Source: Bacillota bacterium
GTDB lineage: Bacteria; Bacillota; Clostridia; Peptostreptococcales; Anaerovoracaceae
Assembly: GCA_017437745.1 (NCBI GenBank)
Contig: JAFRYI010000006.1
Span: 1,964 to 65,963, forward strand
Reading direction: 5' to 3'
Length of the DNA: 64,000 nt
A program made the position numbers and the translations under genes. Shown here in pieces: positions 21,537 to 30,696 of this stretch. The notes beneath the pieces were generated by a model, which did no database searches, was not told the DNA's origin, and saw nothing but the letters and a program-made list of their open reading frames with translations. The number at the start of each line of letters is the position of its first letter. The first letter of the stretch is position 1.

Positions 21537-22748
21537 ATGGATAACAGAAGAAGAGTGCTTATACTGATACTTGTGGCGGTGCTTGCCCTGGGCTGCGGAT
21601 TCACAGGCGGCCTTCTGGCGTCGCGCGTAGACACGGACAAACTGCAGACGTCGCTGTTCGGGCCCAGGCCCACGGAGCAGACCCCCGTGGAAACGACCGA
21701 AGATGTGCAGACGGGAACGGTCCCGGCGTCCCAGCAGACGACCGTGGTCCACACACAGGATCCCAACATCGGCGAAGCCATAGCCGATAAGGTCCTTCCG
21801 TCCGTGGTCGGCATAGAGACTTCTTACGAAACGTCCATGGGCGGCTATTCCTACTTCTTCGGCGGAGGCGGCGGCAAATCGCTGGCTACCGCTCAGGGAA
21901 CGGGCTTCGTGGTCGACGAGGCAGGCTACATCCTGACCAACTCCCACGTAATAAACGACGGCAACTACAGAACAGTTACGATATATCTTTACGACGGCAG
22001 AGAGTTCGACGGCAAGGTCCTGTGGAACGACGCAACGCTGGATCTGGCTATAGTCAAGATAGACGCCTCTGACCTTGTCGCGGCCGAGCTTGGCGATTCC
22101 GACACAGTCAGGGTCGGCTCCTACGCGGCGGCCGTAGGCAACCCGCTGGGACTGCAGTTCAAGTTCTCCATGAGCCAGGGAATAATCTCCGGTCTGGAAA
22201 GGACCATAGAAGTTTCTTCCGGCAGCGGCTATAACACCACTACCATGGAAGGCCTTCTTCAGACAGACGCTACCATCAACTCCGGCAACTCCGGCGGACC
22301 GCTCGTAAACAGCGCGGGACAGGTCGTGGGCATCAACTCCGCCAAGGCTACGTCCGGCGAGGGCATGGGATTCGCCATTCCGGTCAACACCGCAAAGCCG
22401 ATAGTGGAGCAGATAAAGGCTACCGGCAGGTTCGAGAGGGCTTATCTGGGCATAACCGGAATCGGGCTCGAGGAGAGCAACGGATACGACGCTAACGAAT
22501 ACAAGACCCGCTACGGAACTTCCAGAGGCATCTACGTCTACAGCATCTCCGAGAACGGCGGCGCCGCGGCGGCAGGCATCCAGAAGGGCGACATAATCAT
22601 CAATGTTGCCGGCACGGAAGTCGGAACGATGAACAGGATCAACACGGTCCTCGTGTCTTACAAGGACGGCGATACCGTCAGCGTCACATACCTCAGGGCC
22701 GGCGTGGAATACAGCACGGAAGTAGTGCTTTCCAGCGGAGTCAATTAA
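21537..22748 (+). CDS. S1C trypsin-like serine protease with PDZ domain (HtrA/YyxA-like)
   Basis: 403 aa. N-terminal TM, TNSHV (His), GNSGGPL (Ser) and a C-terminal PDZ-like region. Confidence 0.87.
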   Translation: MDNRRRVLILILVAVLALGCGFTGGLLASRVDTDKLQTSLFGPRPTEQTPVETTEDVQTGTVPASQQTTVVHTQDPNIGEAIADKVLPSVVGIETSYETSMGGYSYFFGGGGGKSLATAQGTGFVVDEAGYILTNSHVINDGNYRTVTIYLYDGREFDGKVLWNDATLDLAIVKIDASDLVAAELGDSDTVRVGSYAAAVGNPLGLQFKFSMSQGIISGLERTIEVSSGSGYNTTTMEGLLQTDATINSGNSGGPLVNSAGQVVGINSAKATSGEGMGFAIPVNTAKPIVEQIKATGRFERAYLGITGIGLEESNGYDANEYKTRYGTSRGIYVYSISENGGAAAAGIQKGDIIINVAGTEVGTMNRINTVLVSYKDGDTVSVTYLRAGVEYSTEVVLSSGVN

Positions 22749-22761
22749 TATCAGCATGCAG

Positions 22762-22800
22762 GACGGCCGGCGCCGCTTGGCGTCAGCCGTCTTCTTTATT
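22762..22800 (+). terminator. probable intrinsic terminator after the HtrA-like gene
   Basis: GACGGC...CGCC-gctt-GGCG...GCCGTC followed by TTCTTTATT. Confidence 0.5.
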
Positions 22801-22844
22801 ACCGGAACTTTTTTAGAACGGCGGCCGGGCGGCGGCATCACTTA

Positions 22845-23327
22845 ATGAACATAGAAATAATCTGCGTAGGCAAGCTTAAAGAAAAATACTGGCAGGACGC
22901 GGCGGACGAGTACATCAAAAGGCTCGGCCGCTTTGCCAGGCTTACGGTAACCGAGCTTCCGGAGGAGAGGCTGCGCGGCAGCTCCCCGGCGGACGAGGCG
23001 GCTGTCATAAAGGCGGAGGGCGAGTCCATACTCGCAAAGCTCCAGCCAGGGCCGCAGAGCTTCATAATCGCTCTTGCCGTAAACGGAAAGCGCCTTACAT
23101 CGGAGGGACTGGCGGAAAAGATATCCGGTCTTGGCCTGGAAGGCAAGAGCCGCGTGGTCTTCGTTATAGGAGGTTCGCTCGGGCTTTCGGAAGACGTGCT
23201 GGCCGCCGCGGATCTAAAGCTTTCGTTCTCCGACTTCACCTTCCCGCACCAGCTTATGAGGGTGATACTTCTGGAACAGATATACCGGGCATTCAAGATA
23301 AACGCCGGCGAGACCTACCACAAATGA
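22845..23327 (+). CDS. rlmH: 23S rRNA (pseudouridine1915-N3)-methyltransferase RlmH
   Basis: 160-aa SPOUT-type protein (MNIEIICVGKLKEKYW...IGGSLGL...QLMRVILLEQIYRA). Confidence 0.9.
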   Translation: MNIEIICVGKLKEKYWQDAADEYIKRLGRFARLTVTELPEERLRGSSPADEAAVIKAEGESILAKLQPGPQSFIIALAVNGKRLTSEGLAEKISGLGLEGKSRVVFVIGGSLGLSEDVLAAADLKLSFSDFTFPHQLMRVILLEQIYRAFKINAGETYHK

Positions 23328-23330
23328 AAA

Positions 23331-23365
23331 AACGCTCCGCGGAAAGCGGAGCATTTGGTTTTTTG
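23331..23365. terminator. bidirectional terminator between rlmH and the ArsR-family gene
   Basis: GCTCCGC-ggaaa-GCGGAGC flanked by an A-run and TTTGGTTTTTT. Confidence 0.8.
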
Positions 23366-23373
23366 AAAGATGC

Positions 23374-23703
23374 TTAGGGCAGCGGAGTGTTCAGCTTTCT
23401 GACGCTGTCCAGGTACTTGCCCAGGACGCCCAGATTCACGAAATAGTAGGCGTAGGTCTCCTTGTTGCGGGCCTCCACAAGGCCGGACACCAGCAGCTTG
23501 CGCATGTGCTGCGAGATCGTGGACTGTGAATAGCCGAATTCCGCCACAAGATCCTTGTTGCATACGGATCTGCGCGCCAGATTCTCCGTGTAGATGTAAC
23601 GGAAAAGTTCCACCCTCAGCGGGTGGGCCAGCGCGTCGGAAGCCCCGGTTATAAGTTGTATCTCCTCCGCGGGAAGAGAGCTTGGATTTTTTCTGATCCT
23701 CAT
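23374..23703 (-). CDS. ArsR/SmtB-family transcriptional regulator
   Basis: ORF track gives 23374..23727 with a GTG start. I prefer ATG 23703 (MRIRKNPSS...). HTH region is NKDLVAEFGYSQSTISQHMRKLLVSGLV. A TGGTATAAT -10 ends 7 nt before this ATG, so the mRNA may be leaderless. Confidence 0.8.
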   Translation of the reverse strand: MRIRKNPSSLPAEEIQLITGASDALAHPLRVELFRYIYTENLARRSVCNKDLVAEFGYSQSTISQHMRKLLVSGLVEARNKETYAYYFVNLGVLGKYLDSVRKLNTPLP

Positions 23704-23795
23704 GTCGGTTATTATACCATAATTCACCCAAAATTGCGCCGTTTGTGATATAATATGATGTCATTTTGTCTGATGCGCACAGTTAGGGAAGACAT

Positions 23796-25754
23796 ATGAA
23801 TAAAAAACTGGCAAAAGAATTATCTCAGCCGTTCATGATAATAGGGCTGATCGTGATGCTCGTGATGGGCGCCGTTATAATGTGGTTCAACATGTACGTT
23901 GGGCTTGCGGCGCTGTTCGTCGCGGCGGCGGTCTATTTCTTCCATCTCCGCTACACCCAGAACTTCGTGGAGAGAACGCTGGAGAAGAACGAGAAGACCG
24001 TCATCAAGGAGCACGAAGGCTATGTGGAGGCTTTCAGCAACGGCGCTCCGCTGCTGGTCTGCGTGGTCTCCAGAAACGGCGACGTAATATGGTCCAACCC
24101 CTCGTTCGAGACTTTCTTCGAGGACCAGAACCTTCTGCACACCACCATAAACACCGGATCGGTAAAGCCGTTCTTCGATTCCGCCGACACACAGATTGAA
24201 GCAACCATAAGCGGCAGGTGCTTTAAGGTTACGGGCGCGGACGCGGACTTCCGCGGCCACGAAAGAAGGATGCTCTTCTTCGCGGACACCACGGAGCTGG
24301 AAGACACCAAGGCATACATGGCGGACACCCGCCCCTGCGCCGCTTACATAAACGTGGATAACTACGACGACATGCTGGAGGCAAGCCCCGTTGAGGAGCA
24401 GTCCAGCATAGCCGCGGCCATAGACAAGACGGTCCACAACTGGGCCATAGGTCTGGACGCAGTGCTTCTGCGCGCCAGGATGGACAGATACCTTATGGTG
24501 TTCGAGCACAAGTACCTGGAGCCTCTGCGCACCATGCGCTTCCCCATCCTCAACGCCATGCACGACATAGAGACCAACGCGGACTTCCCGGCGTCTCTGT
24601 CCATAGGCGTCTGCGAAGGCGACGGAACGCTGGAGGAGCTTCAGGAAGGAGCATCCGCGGCGCTGGATCTGGCTCTTGGCAGAGGCGGCGACCAGGCGGT
24701 AGTCAGGAACCTGGAAGGCGATACCGAGTATTACGGCGGAGCTCTTCCGGCGGTAGAAAAACGCAACAAGGGCAAGAGCCGCGTAATGGCTCACATACTT
24801 TCGCAGCTTATAGAAGGCTCGGACAACGTGGTGATAATGGGCCACACGCGTCCGGATCTGGACTGCTTCGGCGCCGCTCTGGGCATCTACGCCCTGGTAA
24901 GCAACAGCGGAAAGCAGGCCGCCATAGTTCTGGAAGACCCCGGCGAAGGCGTAGACCTTATCTACAACGCGGCAAGAAACCTGGATAAATATACTTTCGT
25001 AGGACACGCGCAGGCTCTGGAACTTCTGGGCGACAACAGTCTGCTGGTGATGGTGGATCACCACCGCCCGGCAATCTCTGAGTTCCCCGGCCTTATCCAG
25101 TCTGCCAAGAAGATAGCGGTTATAGATCATCACAGAAAAGCCGGAGACGCGGTGGAGAACGCTCTCCTGGCATACATGGAAACTTACGCAAGCTCCACGT
25201 CGGAGCTTGTCTCCGAGCTTCTGCAGTACTCCGGAGACCGCGGAGAGATAACGCGTTTCGAGGCAGAGGCGCTGCTTTCCGGCATAGCTCTGGACACCAA
25301 GAGCTTCACCGTAAACGCGGGCGTAAGGACCTTCGAAGCGGCTTCGTGGCTCAGGCGCAGCGGCGCCGACATGGCCAACGTAAAGGAATACTTCAAGATA
25401 GGCCTGGATTTCTACCAGAAGAAGGCCAGGATAGTATCCAGCGTGGAGGTGCTGAACCACGGCATAGCGGTAGCTTACACAAGGGAGAGCGACCCTTCCA
25501 TGCAGGTGCTTGTATCGCAGGTGGCGGACGAGCTGCTGGAGATGCGCGACGTGGAAGCGGCGTTCGTAGCCGGACGCGGAGGCGCCAGGACCATGATCTC
25601 CGCAAGGTCCGCGGGAAAGATAAACGTACAGACGATAATGGAAAGACTGGGCGGAGGCGGTCATCAGACGGTGGCGGCGGCCCAGACGGACGTAGGCCCG
25701 GAAGAAGCGATCGCTCTGGTCGTGGCCATACTCAGAGACGAAAAACTGCTTTAG
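23796..25754 (+). CDS. gdpP: cyclic-di-AMP phosphodiesterase GdpP-like (TM-PAS-degenerate GGDEF-DHH/DHHA1)
   Basis: 652 aa. Two N-terminal TM helices, DHH motifs (VDHHRP, IDHHRK) and DHHA1 GGGGH. Conserved gdpP-rplI-dnaB synteny. Confidence 0.88.
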   Translation: MNKKLAKELSQPFMIIGLIVMLVMGAVIMWFNMYVGLAALFVAAAVYFFHLRYTQNFVERTLEKNEKTVIKEHEGYVEAFSNGAPLLVCVVSRNGDVIWSNPSFETFFEDQNLLHTTINTGSVKPFFDSADTQIEATISGRCFKVTGADADFRGHERRMLFFADTTELEDTKAYMADTRPCAAYINVDNYDDMLEASPVEEQSSIAAAIDKTVHNWAIGLDAVLLRARMDRYLMVFEHKYLEPLRTMRFPILNAMHDIETNADFPASLSIGVCEGDGTLEELQEGASAALDLALGRGGDQAVVRNLEGDTEYYGGALPAVEKRNKGKSRVMAHILSQLIEGSDNVVIMGHTRPDLDCFGAALGIYALVSNSGKQAAIVLEDPGEGVDLIYNAARNLDKYTFVGHAQALELLGDNSLLVMVDHHRPAISEFPGLIQSAKKIAVIDHHRKAGDAVENALLAYMETYASSTSELVSELLQYSGDRGEITRFEAEALLSGIALDTKSFTVNAGVRTFEAASWLRRSGADMANVKEYFKIGLDFYQKKARIVSSVEVLNHGIAVAYTRESDPSMQVLVSQVADELLEMRDVEAAFVAGRGGARTMISARSAGKINVQTIMERLGGGGHQTVAAAQTDVGPEEAIALVVAILRDEKLL

Positions 25755-25766
25755 GAGGATATAAAC

Positions 25767-26219
25767 ATGAAGGTCATACTGCTTAAGGACGTTAAAGGAC
25801 TGGGCAAAGCCGGCGAGGTGGCTAACGCTTCCGACGGCTACGCAAGGAACTTCCTGATCCCCAAGGGCCTTGTGATGGAGGCCACCGAAGGCAATCTTAA
25901 GGTGCTGGAGAAGCGCCGCGCGGAGATAGAAGCACAGCGCGCCATGGACAAGGCCGTAGCCGAGGATCTTAAGAAGAAGATCGAAGCCGCGGCTCCGGTG
26001 GACATCTACTCCAAGGCCGGAGAAGGCGGAAGGCTTTTCGGAGCGGTAACCGCCAAGGACATAGCGGACGCGTTCTTCAAAGAGTACAAGATAGAGCTGG
26101 ACAAGAAAAAGATCGCGATGGACAACCCCATTAAGCAGGAAGGCCCGGCGACGGTGCAGCTAAAGCTCTATCAGGGAATAACCGCGGCCCTGAAACTGAA
26201 CGTTATAGCGAAGCAGTAA
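25767..26219 (+). CDS. rplI: 50S ribosomal protein L9
   Basis: 150 aa, [34 protein letters not shown]. Confidence 0.94.
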   Translation: MKVILLKDVKGLGKAGEVANASDGYARNFLIPKGLVMEATEGNLKVLEKRRAEIEAQRAMDKAVAEDLKKKIEAAAPVDIYSKAGEGGRLFGAVTAKDIADAFFKEYKIELDKKKIAMDNPIKQEGPATVQLKLYQGITAALKLNVIAKQ

Positions 26220-26264
26220 CTGAATTTCAGTTCAACCATTAACGGAGCGGAACAGGAGTACGAA

Positions 26265-27632
26265 ATGCCTCAGATAGAAAGGATACCCCCTCATTCGGAG
26301 CCCGCGGAGCGGAGCGTCCTGGGGTCCATACTGATAGACAGGGATTGCTATTACAAGGTCTCGGACTACATCAAGCCCGAAGACTTCTATTCCCCCGCGC
26401 ACAAAGAGATCTATTCCGCGATGTACGAGCTTGCGAAAGAGAGCAAGCCGATCGACATAGTTACCGTAGCGGAGGCGCTCAAGAGCCGCAAGGCCCTGGA
26501 CGCGGCGGGCGGAAGATCCTACATATCCGGTCTGGCCGACGAAGTCCCGACCACGGCTAACGCGGTGCAGTACGCCAAGATAGTCGCGGAGAAGGCCGTT
26601 CTGCGGAACCTTATCAGCGCTTCTTCGGACATTGTGGAGAAGAGCTACGCGGAGAACATCGACAGCCAGCTGGTCCTGGACCACGCGGAGACCGTCATCT
26701 TCGACATAGCCGGAAGCAGGCAGCATAACCAGTTCACGACCTTAAAGGATGTGCTGGAGCAGAACATAAAGACCATCCACGAGGTGGAGGCCAACGGCGG
26801 AAGGCTCCCCGGAATACCCTCCGGTTTCAACGACCTGGACAAGAAGACCTCCGGTTTCCAGAATTCGGATCTCATAATCCTGGCGGCCCGTCCGTCCATG
26901 GGCAAGTCCGCCTTCGCGCTCAACGTTGCGCAGTACGCGGCTCTTAAGCAGGGCAAGCGCGTGGTCATCTTCTCGCTGGAGATGAGCAAGGAGCAGCTGG
27001 GCATGAGGCTTCTGGCCATGGAGGCCAGGGTGGACAGCAACAAGCTGCGCACCGGAAACCTTTCGGCGGAGGACTGGGAGAGCATAAGCGACGCGGCCCT
27101 GCGCTTCGCGGACGCGGACATAATAATAGACGATACCCCCGGCATCGGCGTCATGGAGATACGCAACAAATGCCGCAGGATAGGTCAGGAAAAGCCCATA
27201 GACCTGGTGATCGTGGACTATCTGCAGATGATGTCCGCGGACAAGGCGGCCGGCGGCGAGAACCGTCAGCAGGAAGTCTCGCAGATATCCAGATACCTTA
27301 AGCAGCTGGCCAGAGAGCTCCGCTGCCCGGTTATAGTGCTTTCGCAGCTGTCGAGAGCTGTGGAGCAGCGCCAGGGCGACAAGAGGCCCATACTCTCCGA
27401 CCTGCGCGAATCCGGCGCCATAGAGCAGGACGCGGACGTGGTAATGTTCCTGTTCAACGAGGACTACTACAACCGCAACAAGGACGGCTACGAGCCAAAG
27501 AATCTCTGCGAGGTCATCCTGGCAAAGCAGAGGATGGGCGAGACCGGAAAGGTAACTCTGGGCTGGCAGCCGAGGTTTACCAAGTTTGTAAACATAGCCA
27601 GGGACGAAGCGGCGCAGCCGCCCCAGGAATGA
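26265..27632 (+). CDS. dnaB: replicative DNA helicase (DnaB family; DnaC in B. subtilis nomenclature)
   Basis: 455 aa. PHSEPAERSVLGSIL N-terminal domain, Walker A ARPSMGKSAFAL and a RecA-like C-terminal domain. Confidence 0.95.
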   Translation: MPQIERIPPHSEPAERSVLGSILIDRDCYYKVSDYIKPEDFYSPAHKEIYSAMYELAKESKPIDIVTVAEALKSRKALDAAGGRSYISGLADEVPTTANAVQYAKIVAEKAVLRNLISASSDIVEKSYAENIDSQLVLDHAETVIFDIAGSRQHNQFTTLKDVLEQNIKTIHEVEANGGRLPGIPSGFNDLDKKTSGFQNSDLIILAARPSMGKSAFALNVAQYAALKQGKRVVIFSLEMSKEQLGMRLLAMEARVDSNKLRTGNLSAEDWESISDAALRFADADIIIDDTPGIGVMEIRNKCRRIGQEKPIDLVIVDYLQMMSADKAAGGENRQQEVSQISRYLKQLARELRCPVIVLSQLSRAVEQRQGDKRPILSDLRESGAIEQDADVVMFLFNEDYYNRNKDGYEPKNLCEVILAKQRMGETGKVTLGWQPRFTKFVNIARDEAAQPPQE

Positions 27633-27683
27633 TACTAAGACGGAACAGGACATCGGAACGCTGCAAAAAAGCAGCCGACAGAC

Positions 27684-28931
27684 ATGGACTTTAAGAAGCA
27701 GAACATACAAAACTACTTTCTGTACGATACAAAGGTGGACAACCTGTTCATCTCCGAGTACATGCCCGGAGCGCCTTCGAATGCCGTAAAAGCGTATCTT
27801 CTGGCATCCATGAACGCGGAGGCGGGCATTCCGTCGGACGCGGACTCCATGGCCAGAAAGCTGCGCATAAGCCTTGCGGAATTGGAAGAAGCCTGGGATT
27901 ACTGGGTCAAGCAGGGCATAGTCAGAAAGACCGCGGACCCCAGGGCCCCCGGAAAGTACGGCATAGAGCTGCTGAACATACGCGAGATCGTCTTCGGCAG
28001 AAGGCCGCAGGGCTCTCAGCCCGCGCAGGAAGGGCCCTTCGCTCTGGACGACGCGGATTACTCCGAGCTCTTAAGAAACATAGAAACTGCGACCGGCAGG
28101 CTGCTGGAATCCGGCGAGCCCCAGGAGATCGCTCTTTGGGTGAGCCAGTACGGAATGTCGCCGGAAGTGATACTTCTCGGATACAAATACTGCACGGAAA
28201 GAGGCAAGAGCAACCGCTACCGCTACGTGGGCGCCATCCTTAAGGACTGGAGGGCGAAAGGCTACACCACAGCCGCCCAGGTGGAGGACGCTCTGGGCGC
28301 GGAGGACAGGCACTACAATTATTACAGAGCAGTAATGAAGGAGCTTGGCTTCCACAGAAGCGCCACGGAGCCCGAAAAACGCATAATAGACAGCTGGTTC
28401 GACAAGCTGGGATTCTCGCTGGACGAGGTAAAGGACGCCTGCAAGAAGACCACCGGGATCAGCAATCCTAACATAAACTATCTGAACACCATACTGGTGG
28501 GCCGTTGGAACGAAAAGAACCAGAGTCCGGAGACCGTAAGCCGCGAGGATATCTTCGCCAGGGTGGAGGCTCTGTACGAAAAGACCCGCCGCGAGAACGA
28601 GGCCAGGACCGCCCGCGTCCGCGAAGAAGTATACGCAAGGATCCCCCGCGTAAAGGAGATAGTCGCGGAGATAAGGGACTGCGGATTCGCGGTATCGAGA
28701 GCCATGCTCAACAAAGCAGGCGCGGAGGAGGTCGAAAGGCAGAAGAAGCGCATGGAAGCGCTGAACATTGAAAAGACAAGGCTCCTTGCGGAGAACGGCT
28801 ATGCCGCCAACGCGCTCGAGGCTGTCTACGACTGCCCCAGATGCAGGGACACCGGCATACTGGACGACGGCAGCAGATGCTCGTGCTACAAGGAGAAAGC
28901 GGAAAGATTACTGAAGGAAAATGGCAAATAA
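27684..28931 (+). CDS. DnaD-domain replication protein with C-terminal Cys-rich DnaI/DnaC-N-terminal-like segment
   Basis: 415 aa. The middle region (WVSQYGMSPEVILLGYKYCTERGKSNRYRYVGAILKDWRAKGYTT) resembles the DnaD/DnaB_2 domain. The C-terminus has CPRCRDTGILDDGSRCSCYKEK. No AAA+ motifs. Located next to dnaB. Confidence 0.6.
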   Translation: MDFKKQNIQNYFLYDTKVDNLFISEYMPGAPSNAVKAYLLASMNAEAGIPSDADSMARKLRISLAELEEAWDYWVKQGIVRKTADPRAPGKYGIELLNIREIVFGRRPQGSQPAQEGPFALDDADYSELLRNIETATGRLLESGEPQEIALWVSQYGMSPEVILLGYKYCTERGKSNRYRYVGAILKDWRAKGYTTAAQVEDALGAEDRHYNYYRAVMKELGFHRSATEPEKRIIDSWFDKLGFSLDEVKDACKKTTGISNPNINYLNTILVGRWNEKNQSPETVSREDIFARVEALYEKTRRENEARTARVREEVYARIPRVKEIVAEIRDCGFAVSRAMLNKAGAEEVERQKKRMEALNIEKTRLLAENGYAANALEAVYDCPRCRDTGILDDGSRCSCYKEKAERLLKENGK

Positions 28932-30579
28932 CGAAAACCTACAATTCGATACGGCAGGCGAAACTCTGGTCATATACAAGTCCAAACGCGCCGCGCTGAC
29001 GCAGGCTCCGGTAAAGAGGGGCGAGGGCGTCTTCCGCAGGACCGCAAGGCTTGTAAAGGGTCTTAAAGAGGCTCGCGTAAAGGTGAAGAACCTCGCTTAC
29101 TGCAGCGCCGAGAACAAGGCCGAGATCTACGGCGAAGTGCTGCACGACGCGTACGAGCCTGTGTTTACGGCGGCCCACAAAGCCGCGGATACGCTCTGGA
29201 ACTTCCTGTACAAGCTTCTGTACGACTTCCTGGGCATCTTCGTGTTCATAGTAAATCTGTTCATTAAGATCTTCTATTATCTGGGGGCGGGGCTTCGCTA
29301 CCTGTGGGAAAAGCTCTGGGACCTGCGCGTGTGGGTCGACGCTCACAAGAGGGCGATCTTCCAGATATTCGCCGCGGTAGTGGTGACGGTCTCGCTGGGA
29401 CTGATACTTGTAACGTCCATGTCGGCCTACCAGTACAGCTACTTCGGAAGACCGCTGGGCACGGCAAAGACCAAGCGCGACGTCTACCAGACCATAGAGC
29501 TGCTGGGCGACAGGCTGGCCCAGAACGCAGGAGCAAACATAAGCTTCAACGCTGAACGAGACATAGAGTTCAAGAGGGTGTTCGGACTGGGCATCGATAC
29601 GGACAGTCAGGACGACATACTCAATACGCTCACTTACATGAGCGACATACATGTGACCGGCTACGCCATCGCCATAAACGGCAAGCAGGTGGCGGTAATG
29701 GACAAACCGGAGACCGCGGACGCCATCATTGCCGCGGTTAAGGAATACTTCGCGCCTAAGCAGGAAGGCTGGGATTACACGTCCGTATCCTTCGACGAGG
29801 AGATATCCATCGAGGAGGTAAACGTCAACCTGTCCGAGCTGTGGAACCCGGACGACGCGGCCCGCTACATAGAGACCGGATCCGTAAAGGATCTGCGCGA
29901 CGACGAAGCTCCGAATCCGCTGGTAACGGTATATGCCGCGGCAAACGTAACTTACGACGAAGAGACTTCGTACGGCGTCAAATACGTAAGGGATTCCAGC
30001 ATGTACCAGGACGAGGTGATACTGCAGAAAGAGGGCAAGCCGGGCATCCAGCGCATAGTGGCGGTGGTTCAGACCATAAACGGCAAGGAGATATCCAGGT
30101 TCGAGCAGTCGAACACAACGATCTCCGAGCCTGTGGACGCGGTCTACAAGCAGGGCACCAAGGAGATCCCGCAGAGGAGCGGCTCCGGTACCTGGCTGTT
30201 CCCGATAAAGGCCAGATATATCATTTCCGACTATTTCGGCTACCGTGTGGCTCCGACCGCCGGCGCGTCCACCAACCATAAGGGAATAGACGTTGCCTGC
30301 GCATACGGGACGCCTATATACGCTGCGGACGGCGGAACGGTAACGTTTGCCGGAAGGCGCGGCGCGTATGGACTGCTGATAATAATAAGCCACGGCGGCG
30401 GATACGAATCCTGGTACGGCCACGAGAGCGAGATAGACGTCAAGGTGGGCGAGGAAGTCTACCAGGGCAAGGTAATAGGCAAGGTGGGCTCCACAGGCGT
30501 ATCCACAGGTCCGCACGTCCACTTCGAGATCCACTATCAGGGCACGCCGCTCAACCCGCTCCTGTTCTACGACAGGTAG
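28921..30579 (+). CDS. membrane-anchored M23 family metallopeptidase (G5-like + LytM domain)
   Basis: 552 aa. TM segments near residues 95-160, a G5-like KEGKPGIQRIVAVVQTINGKE segment and M23 motifs HKGIDV...GSTGVSTGPHVHFEI. Confidence 0.85.
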   Translation: MANNENLQFDTAGETLVIYKSKRAALTQAPVKRGEGVFRRTARLVKGLKEARVKVKNLAYCSAENKAEIYGEVLHDAYEPVFTAAHKAADTLWNFLYKLLYDFLGIFVFIVNLFIKIFYYLGAGLRYLWEKLWDLRVWVDAHKRAIFQIFAAVVVTVSLGLILVTSMSAYQYSYFGRPLGTAKTKRDVYQTIELLGDRLAQNAGANISFNAERDIEFKRVFGLGIDTDSQDDILNTLTYMSDIHVTGYAIAINGKQVAVMDKPETADAIIAAVKEYFAPKQEGWDYTSVSFDEEISIEEVNVNLSELWNPDDAARYIETGSVKDLRDDEAPNPLVTVYAAANVTYDEETSYGVKYVRDSSMYQDEVILQKEGKPGIQRIVAVVQTINGKEISRFEQSNTTISEPVDAVYKQGTKEIPQRSGSGTWLFPIKARYIISDYFGYRVAPTAGASTNHKGIDVACAYGTPIYAADGGTVTFAGRRGAYGLLIIISHGGGYESWYGHESEIDVKVGEEVYQGKVIGKVGSTGVSTGPHVHFEIHYQGTPLNPLLFYDR

Positions 30580-30696
30580 AGCGGACCGCCGCGGACGAAC
30601 GACCGCGCGGCAGACAGCGCTTAGGGCATACAGCCCGGCGGATCAACTTTGTTTTAAAAATCATTCATATACGGTCTTTTCAAGGAGGACATCACA

